Numbered from the whole stretch's first letter, positions 26,195 to 38,764 are shown. The stretch is 63,143 nt of DNA, filler included, from Octopus bimaculoides (GCF_001194135.2; 7 parts of 6 records of this genome joined end to end with filler, not necessarily neighbours in it); one strand, 5' to 3'. Numbers and translations: made by a program. The notes: a model not told the origin generated them from the sequence alone.

Positions 26195-26516
26195 GTTGAG
26201 GTGCAATGGCCCAGTGGTTACGGCGGCGGACTCGCGGTCGGAGGATCGCGGTTTCAATTCCCAGACCGGGCGTTGTGTGTGTTTATTGAGCGAAAACACC
26301 TAAAGGTCCACGAGACTCCGGTAGGGGGTGAGGGTGGCGACCTCTGTTGTACTCTTTCGCCCCAACTTTCTCTTACTCTTTCTTCCTGTTTCTTGAGTAA
26401 AAGCCGCGATGGACTGGCATCCCGTCCAGCTGGGGGGGGGGGGACACATACGCCATAGAAACCGGGAAACCGGGCCCATGAGCCTGGCTAGGCTTTAAAA
26501 GGGCGCAAAAAAAGAA
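26195..26516 (+). mobile_element. SINE with the family C head and a different 3' module
   Basis: Perfect 12-bp TSD AATGACTAAATA (26183-26194 / 26517-26528) and an A-rich tail. The head and body match 16111 and 60354 up to CTTCCTGTTTCT. Confidence 0.85.
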
Positions 26517-26669
26517 AATGACTAAATAACACTCGGAATAACTGGACGACAGTCAAATCGAAGAAAATGTAAATATCATCATCATTATACTCATCGTAAT
26601 TGTCATCGACGTCAACATCATTATCATCATCATATAAAGTGAATATTTAATTTAACAATATCCTTAGAG

Positions 26670-27090
26670 CAACAAAGCCAGAAAAATATCATGAAGGTTC
26701 GCTCCTTCTATTAGCAAGAGTGTTAGGTTAAATATAGCTGGAAACTTCTTAACGTCGTTTAAACAATATCCTCCACCAACAGTTATTACGAAATGTTCAA
26801 TAATACGGCGTAAAGAACTAGATATATCTATATCTAGTATTTAAGAAATCTTAACTAATTGTTCAAAGTAATCATAAATCAAAGAGTTAGCGCGACCCAT
26901 CACACTAGTGCAGCCACAATTACATTAAACCTTGTCCATACAATGGCATTGGTATCACAGAAGTAGTAGCTTACCGAGCGAAGGTATTAGATAGAAATTA
27001 CATAAGCCTGATAGAAATTACATAAGTCTAATGGAAAATACATTTAAGAGTACGAACAATGTAAAATTTCTACATCACAATTTCTGTACA
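26670..27090 (+). pseudogene. Penelope-like element fragment (RT-endonuclease linker and GIY-YIG start)
   Basis: Hand translations FAPSISKSVRLNIAGNFL and CPYNGIGITEVVAYRAKV...YISLIE resemble the PLE motifs FNPPFS...NI...FL and CPxNGxC...VYxAxV...YIGxTE. Heavily decayed. Confidence 0.5.
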
Positions 27091-27269
27091 CCTTGAGTCT
27101 GAAGCAGGAAATAACTCCATTATAATTTAGTCCATAATCATCCAGAAACGCTAGATGTCATATAGATTACGTCATATGTAAACAAACATAAGTTTGTTTT
27201 TGAAGCGTTGAAATGCATTGTAGAACAAGTTTAGCTTAAAGGGTAGAGCACTCCAACTGGATATTGGGG

Positions 27270-28985
27270 GGGGGGGGGTTCGATCTTCATGGCTGGTTGC
27301 CGGCAATTTTTTCTGCTCTTAAAAGGATTTTATCATTTATATATACTGTTCAGAATTTACATGTTGAAAAAATATGTCTTTCATTAACGTGAATGAAACT
27401 GTGCAGCACATCTTGGAAGTACCACCAAATAATGCCTGCTCACCGCAAACAATGACTATGATAAGTGATGTATTGTATGAATATAATCCGTATGTTGAAG
27501 TGTACAATACAATCCATGCCATCAACAAGAAGAGCACTAAAGAACAAGAGAAAATCGTTAAGATTTAGAAGTGGATTGGATATCAAATGCTACAATTTAC
27601 CAACTACCAATGAAACAGCTGTTGCTTTTGTGGAGATAAATTGCGCATCACCTCCACAAAGAGATATTTTAATCTGCCCTAAAAACCATCCTCCTGAGAA
27701 AATACCATATACTTCATACCACTTGAACCCCATGACCTACCCTTGATTGTTTCCACATGAATTCAGGTAGCATAGTGGCATGCAGCATGCAGAAGAATGC
27801 AGGATCCATATCCACAATAGACTGACTGTGCAGGAGTATTACATATAGAGGAGGATTTAGTGTGATATACAAGGCAACCAAATTATTTCAGCAGTATTTC
27901 GTGTATATCTATGTGATAGTAGAGGCATGCAGGTTTCAATACCAGAGGAACAATCGAGCGAAATTGCAAGTAGATGAGTACAATGGTTTAATGGATTATC
28001 TAAACAGACAAGCAGAGGATAATGCTGAGCCTGAAATGCCAGTTATTTTGCCATCATCCTTCACTGGCTTCTCAAGAAATATGTATCCGTACTTTCAGGA
28101 TGCTATGACAAGTGTTGCCAATATGGCAAGCAAGGTCTCTTCATAACTTATACATGCAACACAATATGTTCAAATAATCCGAATGAAAATGAAGCAGCAG
28201 AAAACAGACCAGATTTAGTTGTCCGGCTTTTTAAGGTTCAGCTTTCTGAAATGATACATCCTTGACATACAAGTGGTTCATGTTCACGTCATTGAGTCCC
28301 AAAAAGAGATTCCCTCATTACTATGTGTTTATCATCTTAAGAAACAAAGACAAGCTTAGAAACAGAGAAGATATTGACAGAATCGTGTTAGCAGAAATCC
28401 CTGCATTAGAAGATGATCTGGTACTACATGAGCAGGTTAAAAAGTTTATGAGCTGTATGGCTCTGGAAACCCTTCTTCCCCGTGCATGCCAAATGGGTTT
28501 TGCCAAAAGAATTATCTGAAAACTTCAGTGCAAATTGGACGGTATTCTGTGCCATTTAGTGCCTTTTTGCTTAAGAAATATCGTGCGCGTATTAATGTTG
28601 AAATTTACTCTTCTGTAAAAAGCATCAAGTACATTTTGAAATGTTTACAATGGGTATGATTGTGCATCTATAGAAGTGACTAATAATGCATTATCTAACA
28701 ACGATCAGAACCAGCACAACCATGATGAAATAAGAAACTATCTTGGTGTCAGGTATGTGTCGCCACCAGAAGCAGTGTGACGTCTCTCTGAATTTAAGCT
28801 TCACAATACATTACATACATATACTCCTGGAGAACCTACAGAGAGTTTGCTTCAATGAGACAAAGAGCAGGTCGTGGAAGAAACGTAGGGATAACGAGAC
28901 ACGACCTTTACTGCTTGGTTCAAGCTTAATGAAGATGAAAATGTAAGGAACTACCTATATACAGAAATTCCGGAACATTATGTGA
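27270..28985 (+). pseudogene. Helitron Rep (HUH endonuclease) domain, frameshifted fragment
   Basis: Motifs YNPYV, PMTYP, KLFQQY, VILPSSFTG.SRNM, FITYTCN, RPDLVVRLFK, HVIESQKR.FPHY (degenerate HUH), SIKYI.K, RYVSPPEA and TEIPEHY in the expected order. Confidence 0.9.
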
Positions 28986-29032
28986 TCACAAATTTGTAGT
29001 CTGCACAGCCGCGGTTGAGTAGGTTTGTGAAG

Positions 29033-29079
<47 letters not shown>

Positions 29080-29519
29080 NNNNNNNNNNNNNNNNNNNNN
29101 NNNNNNNNNNNNNNNNNNNNNNNNNNNNNNNNNNNNNNNNNNNNNNNNNNNNNNNNNNNNNNNNNNNNNNNNNNNNNNNNNNNNNNNNNNNNNNNNNNNN
29201 NNNNNNNNNNNNNNNNNNNNNNNNNNNNNNNNNNNNNNNNNNNNNNNNNNNNNNNNNNNNNNNNNNNNNNNNNNNNNNNNNNNNNNNNNNNNNNNNNNNN
29301 NNNNNNNNNNNNNNNNNNNNNNNNNNNNNNNNNNNNNNNNNNNNNNNNNNNNNNNNNNNNNNNNNNNNNNNNNNNNNNNNNNNNNNNNNNNNNNNNNNNN
29401 NNNNNNNNNNNNNNNNNNNNNNNNNNNNNNNNNNNNNNNNNNNNNNNNNNNNNNNNNNNNNNNNNNNNNNNNNNNNNNNNNNNNNNNNNNNNNNNNNNNN
29501 NNNNNNNNNNNNNNNNNNT

Positions 29520-29588
29520 CATTGAGCAAGTTTGCAGTTCGACTCCAGACCACGTACATTTATGCAACTCACTCTAATATTCGCCAAT
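29520..29588 (-). pseudogene. Possible N-terminus of a LINE APE endonuclease
   Basis: Hand translation LANIRVSCINVRGLESNCKLAQ* carries the INVRGL motif; cut off by a gap. Confidence 0.45.
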
Positions 29589-29924
29589 GTACTTGTATAG
29601 CAATTGACCTGATCTGAGATCATGTGCTAAAACAAAAACAACTGCAGCGTGGAAGGTGCTTTGTAAGCCATTTAAAAACTCACAAAAACCGTTAGATTCA
29701 CTTCAACATATAAAATTAATTTGTCAAAATATTTTCGTCGCTTTTAAACCGCTACCTGTTCACTGACAAAAGTAGCACGGAATTTTGCCAATGAAGAGGT
29801 CGCGGTTTCAAAGCGACGAAAATATCTTGACAAATTAAATTTAAATGTTGAAGTGAATCTAACGGTTTTTGTGTGTTTGTAAATGGCTTATAAACACTTT
29901 CCACGCTACAATTGTTTTTGTTTT
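29587..29924. repeat. Fold-back (inverted) dimer of the hammerhead-bearing repeat (copy C)
   Basis: Left arm 29587-29771 and right arm 29774-29924 are reverse complements over about 150 bp. Motifs lie at 29720-29770 (-) and 29784-29834 (+). Confidence 0.85.
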
Positions 29925-30717
29925 AAAAGTTCAAAATGGATATAGGAGAAATCTTAGCGAAATGTGGCACAGAATATCCCTAGAACTGTCTAGCAAGAAA
30001 CTAATTTGCTGACAGTTTTATACAAATCAATTGGAACAAGAAGTGGAACAGAGCAGACAACACACCAATAGATTGAACAATGTCTACGACCAATTTGGAA
30101 GAGCAAAACATATAGCTAGCGTGGAAATATTTAGGACTGTCGAAATGAGGTCCGCCTCAGTGGAAGATGCCAAAAAGCACTCAACAGTTACCTTAAGGAG
30201 TGATAAACACATCCCCATCCATATTTACCTTATTCAAAGGCTATTTAAAACATGAATATTAAATATACCACCAGAAATCAACATTTGCTGGTTGGTTGCA
30301 GCAGTTCTCTGACATAGAAGAGGAAATCAGTATTCTGCAGACAAAGAGAACACAGAAGTAGAATTGGTTTGGGCAGGGTATGTAGTTGTTAATACAGGTT
30401 CATCAAGAGTGTCGAGGCCATTCCGGACTTTATAATCCTACATGATGGCACAAAGCTTCACGTGGCTATTGAGAGCTGAAGGCTGAGATGTCACCTGTGT
30501 GGGGATACAAATCACCTCAAAGCCTTTTGCCCACAGTAAAGGAAATCAATACTCCTGCCGACACTATCACTACCACCACCGCCACAACAACAAAAACAAC
30601 AACAGCATCAAAAACAGCTGGACTGAAACTTACAGCAGCAGCAACAATTACTGCAGCACCCACAGGGGAAACAGGGTCACCTACTCATTAACTCTAATTC
30701 ACTAAGTTTCGATATCA

Positions 30718-32426
30718 GTGAAGCCAGACCCTCCGACTGACGAGCTTTCATGCCCACTTTTTCATGCTCTGTGTGTTGAAGAGCGGTAACACTGCTGAAA
30801 AAGGACCCAAAAAAGGGAGACCGAATTGAAAATTTTCAGCCCATAACGCTACTGAACGTAGATTTCAAGATTTTTGCCAAGGTGTTAGCAATCTAAAGCA
30901 TTCAAGAGGGTCGGCCATGAATACTTGGCGGCCGGTTTTGGTCATGTTACTGTACTTGGATCACCACAATATACAGTGACATCTGCTCAGTAGTTCAGGT
31001 AAACAGTTACCTATCAGAACCATTCAGCGTCATACGCTCAGTCCGTCAAGGGTGTACCCTCTTGTTGCTTTTGTATATACTGGTTCCAGAGCCACTACTG
31101 CAGAAATTGGAGGCATTGAGAAGCGTCCTGTACGAACTAGGATGTGGGAGAAATGTATCAGCATACGCGGACAACATCACCGTCATAGTGTCGAACACCA
31201 AGCACAGAGACCTGGTCAGCACTGCTCTAAAAGAATATGATGCGATGACAGGGACAAAAATTAACCAAGAAAAATCAGTGGAATTGCAGCTCGGCATCTG
31301 AAGAGGCAGGTCCATGTCCCCTAATAACATCGTGAGATACTGGACGGAAGGGCAGGTTAAATTACTCGGAGGATGGTTTGGTCCAGATCTCCAAGTGGAG
31401 AAGCATTCAGCCAAGGTGATGAGCAGGGTAGCCAATCTAACCCAGAAATGAGCCGAGGTAAAGCAATCTCTGAAAGACAGCAAATCCTTATAGCGCATCT
31501 GTCATTTACTACTGTCTGACTATCGTGCCCTGCTCCGTTTACGTCAGACCAAACTTGAGCGCATACTCTTCCGCTTTTTGTGGAAGGGACATGCTCCACT
31601 TGTCAGGCTCTCCATTTGCTGTCAACACTCGCTGAATGGAGGACTGGCCATTCCGAGGCTGCTGATGCACAGAAATGCGGTGAGGCTACGACATCGCCAG
31701 CGCTTTCTTGACAGTGAGCAGGTTTTCTCGCCGTTTGTCAGACTCGCCCTTCCACAGCCCATGTCTTTGACTGAGCAGCAGTAACAGATCAAGTGCAGAG
31801 CGAGGCAGGGCGCTTGGCACCTGGAGTGCCGTTAGACGCTCACAATCCTCAGTCAATCGGGCAATGCGGTCAGTGGGAATTCCACTTTGGCATTCTATAG
31901 AGGATTAGTAGCAGGCAAGTGCAGATGACATTCTCGGGGAGACTCTGGGTGTCGACGAGAATTAAATGGCTTGTCTGTTCCAGAGTACTTTCGGGCCGGG
32001 GCCTATAGATAATTTCCAGAAATCCCTGGTTTAGCAGTGCTGCCGTAAGACATTTCCGGTTCAAGATAAACTCTACAGGCATGAAAGTGTCGCCAGCCGG
32101 GCTTGCCCGATACGCACACAGTACAACGAAACTGTTCTGCTTGCTCTCATCTAGTGCCCAAGTATTGCTGATTTGTGTGTTTATGTCGAACACCTGCTGC
32201 CACGTCTAGGACGAATCCGGCTATCGGCTGAGTTCATTGTGAAGATCGTCTCGCAGTCATTTTGGGCCGGGAAGGGCAGGCAGTATTTCGTTGTCTGGTA
32301 GCCTTTGCGAAAGAGGTTGTGTGATGGACCAGATTGAAAGAGCTGGAGACATACTTTTTTCTTTGGCCAAACCCTCAACTTTTTCAAGTTTCAATGTTTT
32401 TTATGAACCCTTTGTGGTTAATAAAG
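30718..32426 (+). mobile_element. Tx1-like non-LTR retrotransposon, 5'-truncated and decayed (RT, zinc knuckle, 3' end)
   Basis: KDPKKGDRIENFQPITLLNVDFKIFAKVL, KAFKRVGHEYL, VRQGC, SAYADNITV, KINQEKS and a C-terminal CP...ETVL.ALI.CP remnant. Ends at AATAAAG. Confidence 0.85.
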
Positions 32427-33029
32427 AAAGTGTTATTGTTGTTACGGTCCTTGTTATTAATCTTTCCTTCTCTTTTCGTTATTTCCTTTATTACTAGGTA
32501 TAGTTCTACATCCAAATTACTATCCACTTTTCCATTGTAATTTGATACTGGTGATTGTGGGATCACTCAGTATTATCCATATCACCCTTCTTCTCCCTTC
32601 CAACTATTCGTTTTTGCTTTCTCTTTCTTCTTCTCTTGTTTCCTCCTTTTTTCTCTCTTCTCTTCTTCTTCTTCTTCTTCTTCTTCCTTTTGTATCTCGT
32701 CTTCTTTTTCCTCTTCTATTACTTCTTCATACCCTAACCATACTTTTATTTACTTTGGCATTGACACTGTACTTGCCCGGTTCATCTTTTCATAGTCTAT
32801 TTACTTTTTTACCTTTATTTACTTTTTTGTTTCCTCCCGATATAAGCAAAACAAAGTTTGGCAGACACGAGTGGAATTAAACTAGTGCGTGTGTTAATAA
32901 TATTAGCATAATGACTCTCCCTAGACAAAATAATATATATATTCATTCCATTATTAGCCAATTGATTAAATCTCCAATTAACTAATCCATTGTTTGTTTA
33001 ACTTGGTTAAACAGTAAGTCGTTTTGTTT

Positions 33030-33329
33030 TTTGTTTTGTCAAAGCTCTTTTGTTGCTCTCTGCAACCTTTACAGTGACTTTTCTCTTAGTCCGTTTGTCT
33101 GTCTAAGACCTTGTTGCGGGCATGTGCATGCCAATGTGTGCGTGTGCTTGTGTATTCCTGTGTCTATGTGTGTGCATGCTTGTGTGTTTGTGTATGTATG
33201 TGTGTGTATACTCCTGCTTCCGTGTGCGTGCATGCATGCTTGTATATATCTGTGATGTCTGCACGTGTGCTTGTTGCAACCCTCTATGTATGCATGGTAT
33301 GCGTGTATGCGTGGTATGTGTATTCCTTG

Positions 33330-33370
<41 letters not shown>

Positions 33371-33700
33371 CTGTGCATGTGCATATCCGTGGTGTGTATA
33401 TGTGCGTGTGTATGTATGATGTGTGTCAGTGAATGTATGCGTGTGCCCATGCTTGTGTGTGCATGCGTGTGCGTGGTGTGTGTATGATCGTGTGTTTCTG
33501 ACTCCCTCTGTGTGTGTTTGTTTGGTGTGTGTGTGTGTGTGTGTGTGTGTGTGCCTTTGTGTGTGTATGCATGTCTGTCCGTACTACCTATTTACCCACC
33601 GACTTACCTATCTATCAATCTATCTATCTATCTATCTACCTATTTACTTGTCTATCTCCCCACCTATCTACCTACCTACATAACTAATCTATATAACTAA
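33030..33700. repeat. Degenerate (GT)/(GCAT)/(CTAT) microsatellite mosaic
   Basis: Directly visible. Confidence 0.85.
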
Positions 33701-33829
33701 CCTAACCACCTAAAAACCTACTTACTTATCTTCCTACCTATTTACCTACTTGACTGCCTACTTACGATTGTACCGCTGTATGTACACTGGGTGGCTGATA
33801 TCCGTGGCATTAAAGCATCTCTACCTCTT

Positions 33830-34144
33830 ACGTGTATTTCCTATTTAGTATGGGTAATGTTTCATTTATGAGGACGTACTCTTGTAATTGTCAGTGATGG
33901 ATCCTTTGGGCGTTGATAGATTATGACGACTGTTTCTTGTCATTATACTCTCTACAGTGTTTGTTCAGCCTCTCCGCTATACTCCTAGAGGTCTCCCTAA
34001 TGTATGTCGTGTTTCTGTCCTTACACACTCCTATGCACTTTATGCTGTAGACTACGTTCCTAGTCTCACAGTTAATACTGGGGTTAAAGTTACATACTAC
34101 ACAGTTCTCATTAGTGCATGTGGTATTTTCGAAGGGGCACATCC
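33830..34144 (-). pseudogene. Penelope-like GIY-YIG endonuclease fragment
   Basis: C...C..C...NCETRNVVYSIKC..C....YIRETSRSIAERLNKH matches the PLE pattern NVVY.I.C..C...YIGET.R...R..EH. Confidence 0.75.
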
Positions 34145-34399
34145 NNNNNNNNNNNNNNNNNNNNNNNNNNNNNNNNNNNNNNNNNNNNNNNNNNNNNNNN
34201 NNNNNNNNNNNNNNNNNNNNNNNNNNNNNNNNNNNNNNNNNNNNNNNNNNNNNNNNNNNNNNNNNNNNNNNNNNNNNNNNNNNNNNNNNNNNNNNNNNNN
34301 NNNNNNNNNNNNNNNNNNNNNNNNNNNNNNNNNNNNNNNNNNNGGAAGGAAGGAGGGGAGAGAAGGATAGGGGAGGGAGGGGAGGGGAGGGGAGGGAGA

Positions 34400-35990
34400 G
34401 AAGGATCGAGCGATCGATCAATGGATGAATTGATGGATGCATATCTGGGTGGATGGAGGGATGAATTGCTTGGTGTATGGATGGTTGGATAGATGGAGGT
34501 ATGTATCAACCACTCGGTGAATGGATGCATCGATGGTTGGATGCATACATGCATGGAGAGATGTATGCATAGGTAAATGGTTGGATATATAGACGAGCTG
34601 ATGCATGTATGCATGGGTGGATGCTTAGATGTATAGCTACATGGATATGTGGATGGATTGTTAGAAGGATGCATGTATCAATGGATGAATCGATGCATGG
34701 ATGAACACAAGGGTGATGAATGGATGCATGGATGGTTGGATTGATAGGTAGATAGATGGGTGCATGCATGGCCGTATGTATGATAGGGTGTATGCATGTG
34801 TGTATGAAAATATTGAATTTATGAATCCTTCGACCTGTGTATTGTAGAAGACGTCGATGTATAGATGCACATGTGTATGAATGAATACATGACTGAATGA
34901 ATGCATCGATGAACTGATGCATAGATGGATGCATTTGATGGCTGGTTGCATTTGATGGATAGATGCTTGAATGCATTGATATATACTTGGATGTATGCAT
35001 AAATGCATTGATATGTGGTTAGATGGATGGATGGATGAATGGATGGATGGAGGGATGGATGGATGGATGGATGGATGGATGGATGGATGGATGGATGGAT
35101 GGACGCCTGCATAGACAGTTTGATGAATGGGTGGATGGGTGGATGGATGAAGTGTTGGTTGGATTTATGAATGGATGAATGGATGCATGCATGGATAGAC
35201 TGATTCATTGATTAATTGATTAATGAATGCATGTATGGATGAATGGATGGTTGTTGCATGGAGGATTTAGATGATTGTATGAATGTTTGGATGAATGCAT
35301 GTTTTGATGTCTGGACGTGGGTGGATGGATGGTTGGCTGGATGGATGGATGGATGGATGGATGGATGGACGGATGGACGGATGGACGGATAGATGTATGA
35401 GTAGATGCAAGGATGGATGCATGGATAAATTGCTGGGTGACTGCATTAATGGCTGGTTAGATGTTTGGATGGATGAACTCAGGTGAGTTGATTGAAGAAT
35501 CCATGCGTAGAGGAATGGATACATGCATATAAGAAAGGGTGTATGCATAGAGGGTTACATGGATGCATGGATGCATGCATGCATGGCTGGATGCATGACT
35601 AGTTGCATGCATACATGCATTCATGCATGGATTGAGATATGGATGAATTGATGTTTGGGGGATTTCAGAGATGGACGGAGGGATGCACTAGTAGATGTAT
35701 CTTTCGTTTGATGGACAGATGAACGGATGTGTTGATAGATGCATGGTTGGATAGGTGAAACCATGATTGTATGAATTAATTCTTTGGTGGTTCAATGAAT
35801 GGGTGATGCATGCACGAATGTGTGGATAAGTGCATATTTGATTGAATTGATGCATAATTGTATAGTTAGATGCATGGTTGCTCGAATGGATCCATGGATT
35901 TATGGGATGCATGTAGGTATTGATGCAAGTAAGGATGAATGCCTGCAGGAATGGGTAGATGCCTATGTCAAATGCAAAGGTAAATACACA
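34400..35990. repeat. Degenerate (TGGA/TGCA)n tetranucleotide array
   Basis: Directly visible; it generates the HPSI/MDGW ORFs. Confidence 0.9.
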
Positions 35991-36054
35991 ACTGGTTAAA
36001 AAAATTATACGAAAGTAAGGTTGTCATTCTTTCGAGAATGCTTCGTTCTAAATA

Positions 36055-36371
36055 ACTTTTACTTGTTTGTCATTTGACTGCGGTCATACTGGAGCACCAC
36101 CTTAAAGGGGTCTTAGTCGAAGAAATCGACCCCGGGACTTATTCTTTGTAAGCCTGATACTTATTCTATCGGTCTCTTTTGCCGAACCATTAAGTTACAG
36201 GAACATAAATACACCAACATCGGTTGTCAAGCAATGATACGGCGACAAACACAGACACAGACATTCACACACAAATATATACATGCATATATGTGTGCGT
36301 GTGTGTGTTTGTGTGCGTGTGTGTGTATATACAACGGGTTTCTTTCAGTTTCCGTCCACCCACAAGGTTTT
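36055..36371 (-). mobile_element. SINE family B, 3' portion with internal microsatellite
   Basis: Collinear with 55613-55900. Confidence 0.8.
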
Positions 36372-36415
36372 NNNNNNNNNNNNNNNNNNNNNNNNNNNNN
36401 NNNNNNNNNNNNNNN

Positions 36416-36427
36416 TTAATTAATTAA
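36416..36427. other. Artificial scaffold-joining linker
   Basis: N44-TTAATTAATTAA-N44. Confidence 0.95.
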
Positions 36428-36599
36428 NNNNNNNNNNNNNNNNNNNNNNNNNNNNNNNNNNNNNNNNNNNNCGGAATACCCAGAGTTCCCTGAGAAAGAA
36501 CCGGACGCCCATGGTGAATGGTGAACTTTATCCTTGCTGGGATTGAACTCCGGATGCTGGATTACTACAAGAGAGAAAAAGACAAAAAGAAAAAAGAGG

Positions 36600-36632
<33 letters not shown>

Positions 36633-36818
36633 GCCTTTGCACAGCTTCTAACTCTGGAGATGTACTACGGTGGCAGCTGTTCACTGCCAGTGAACTAAGG
36701 GAACACCCCTTATTTTTCGAGCACCTTCCGGAGTATTCGAGTGGTTCCAAGCAGTGCTGTTTTCTGCAAGTGCTCCACCCTTATTGCAGCCCCTATTTGT
36801 TCCACATACTTCTTGAGA

Positions 36819-36822
<4 letters not shown>
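36633..36822 (-). mobile_element. R4/Dong-like non-LTR retrotransposon 3' end inside a (TAA)n array
   Basis: Minus strand KNLKKYVEQIGAAIRVEHLQKTALLGTTRILRKVLEK*, then a short 3' UTR; (TAA)n on both sides. Confidence 0.8.
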
Positions 36823-36859
<37 letters not shown>

Positions 36860-37009
36860 GATGTCGCACAGTATACAATATCGTGAGGTTGTTGATTGAA
36901 AATATTGTGTCTACTGGGGGTTTGTACTGTTTATCAAGTCACAACAAGGACCTCAGATAGACAGTACTTTATGCCATATGAATGCAGTTCCAAGTAATGC
37001 CGACTTATG

Positions 37010-37340
37010 CTTAGCGGTATTTCATCTGCCGTTACGTTCTGAGTTCAAATTCCACCAAGGTTGACTTTGCCTTTCACCCTTTCGGGTGGTGTTCAGAAGG
37101 GCATCCGGCTGTAAAAACCATGCCAAAATTGTCCTCTCCTGCACTGGTGCCACATAAAAGCACAGAGTCCACTCTGCAGAATGGTTGGTGTTAGGAAGGG
37201 CATCCAACCATAAAACCCTGCCAAAACAGATACAGTAACCTGGGGTAGTCTTCTACCTGGCTGGCTCCTGTCAAACCATCCAACCCATGCCAGCATGGAA
37301 AGCAGATGTTAAACGATGACGATGATGATGATGATGATAT
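37010..37340 (+). mobile_element. Chimeric or nested SINE: family A 5' part joined to a GAAGGGCATCC-type element with a (GAT)n tail
   Basis: The family A sequence stops at CTTTCGGG. Two GAAGGGCATCC modules follow, then GCCAGCATGGAAAGCAGATGTTAAACGATGA(CGA)(TGA)n. Confidence 0.65.
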
Positions 37341-37499
37341 AATGTTGTTGTTACTATAATTGTTGTCCTTGTAGCTGTTCGTGGTGGTCGTGGATGCACC
37401 AAACCCGGAATTCTCTCTCGCCCTGCACCTAGATTCATGTCAAATGACTCCCAAAACCAGTTTCAGCTTGCCATAAATAGAGGAGACGCGATGTCTTTG

Positions 37500-37863
37500 T
37501 CCACCACCACCACCACCACCACTACTACCAACACTGTAACTGTCTCCACCACCACTAACATAACCCCCATCACCACCACAATCGCAACTACAACCAAGAC
37601 AACTACCACTACAACAACCACCGATACCACCACCACCACAATGACCGCTATCACCACCACCACTACTACAACGACCACCATTACCACCACCACCACCACC
37701 ACCACTACAGCAACAACCACTATCACTACCACCATCACCACCGCCACCACCACTACCACCACCACTATCACTACTACCACCACCACTATCCTAACCACCA
37801 CCATCACCACCACCACTACCACCACTATCACTACCACCACCACCGCTATCCTAACCACCACCA
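37500..37863. repeat. (ACC/ACT)n array
   Basis: Directly visible; the source of the poly-Thr ORF. Confidence 0.9.
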
Positions 37864-38764
37864 NNNNNNNNNNNNNNNNNNNNNNNNNNNNNNNNNNNNN
37901 NNNNNNNNNNNNNNNNNNNNNNNNNNNNNNNNNNNNNNNNNNNNNNNNNNNNNNNNNNNNNNNNNNNNNNNNNNNNNNNNNNNNNNNNNNNNNNNNNNNN
38001 NNNNNNNNNNNNNNNNNNNNNNNNNNNNNNNNNNNNNNNNNNNNNNNNNNNNNNNNNNNNNNNNNNNNNNNNNNNNNNNNNNNNNNNNNNNNNNNNNNNN
38101 NNNNNNNNNNNNNNNNNNNNNNNNNNNNNNNNNNNNNNNNNNNNNNNNNNNNNNNNNNNNNNNNNNNNNNNNNNNNNNNNNNNNNNNNNNNNNNNNNNNN
38201 NNNNNNNNNNNNNNNNNNNNNNNNNNNNNNNNNNNNNNNNNNNNNNNNNNNNNNNNNNNNNNNNNNNNNNNNNNNNNNNNNNNNNNNNNNNNNNNNNNNN
38301 NNNNNNNNNNNNNNNNNNNGGGGGGGGGGGTTTGTAGCATTATCAGTAGCCGAGGCAGCGTCGATAGTGGTGGTAGTATTGGTAATAGCAGCAGTGGTGG
38401 TGGCCATGGTGTATAGGTGTGGAAACACAAAGTACTAGTGATGATTGCATTTTCGTTGGTGATGGTCATGGTGGTACTTTCAGAGGTGGCAACGTTAGTA
38501 GTGGTAGTGATGGAGATTGATGTAGCATGGTTTAGTATAATGGCATAGATTTAACTGTTATTTCTTGCAGGACAGGTCATGAGTCCACTTAAAGACATAT
38601 TAGCCGAAGTTTGTTTTTTTATATAGATATTTGTCTTTGTTTCAATTATTTTTTAACACGTTTTGTTTGTTTATAAAAGTTAAATGGATTTTCTTATCTG
38701 AAAGTAAAGCCGTACTTTGACACTTGACTGGGTGAATATCAATATGTATGTGTGTGTGTATACA

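Noticed and set aside
37437-38438. Mucin-like poly-Thr ORF
   Set aside because: An (ACC)n array plus a gap; no signal peptide or flanking domain.
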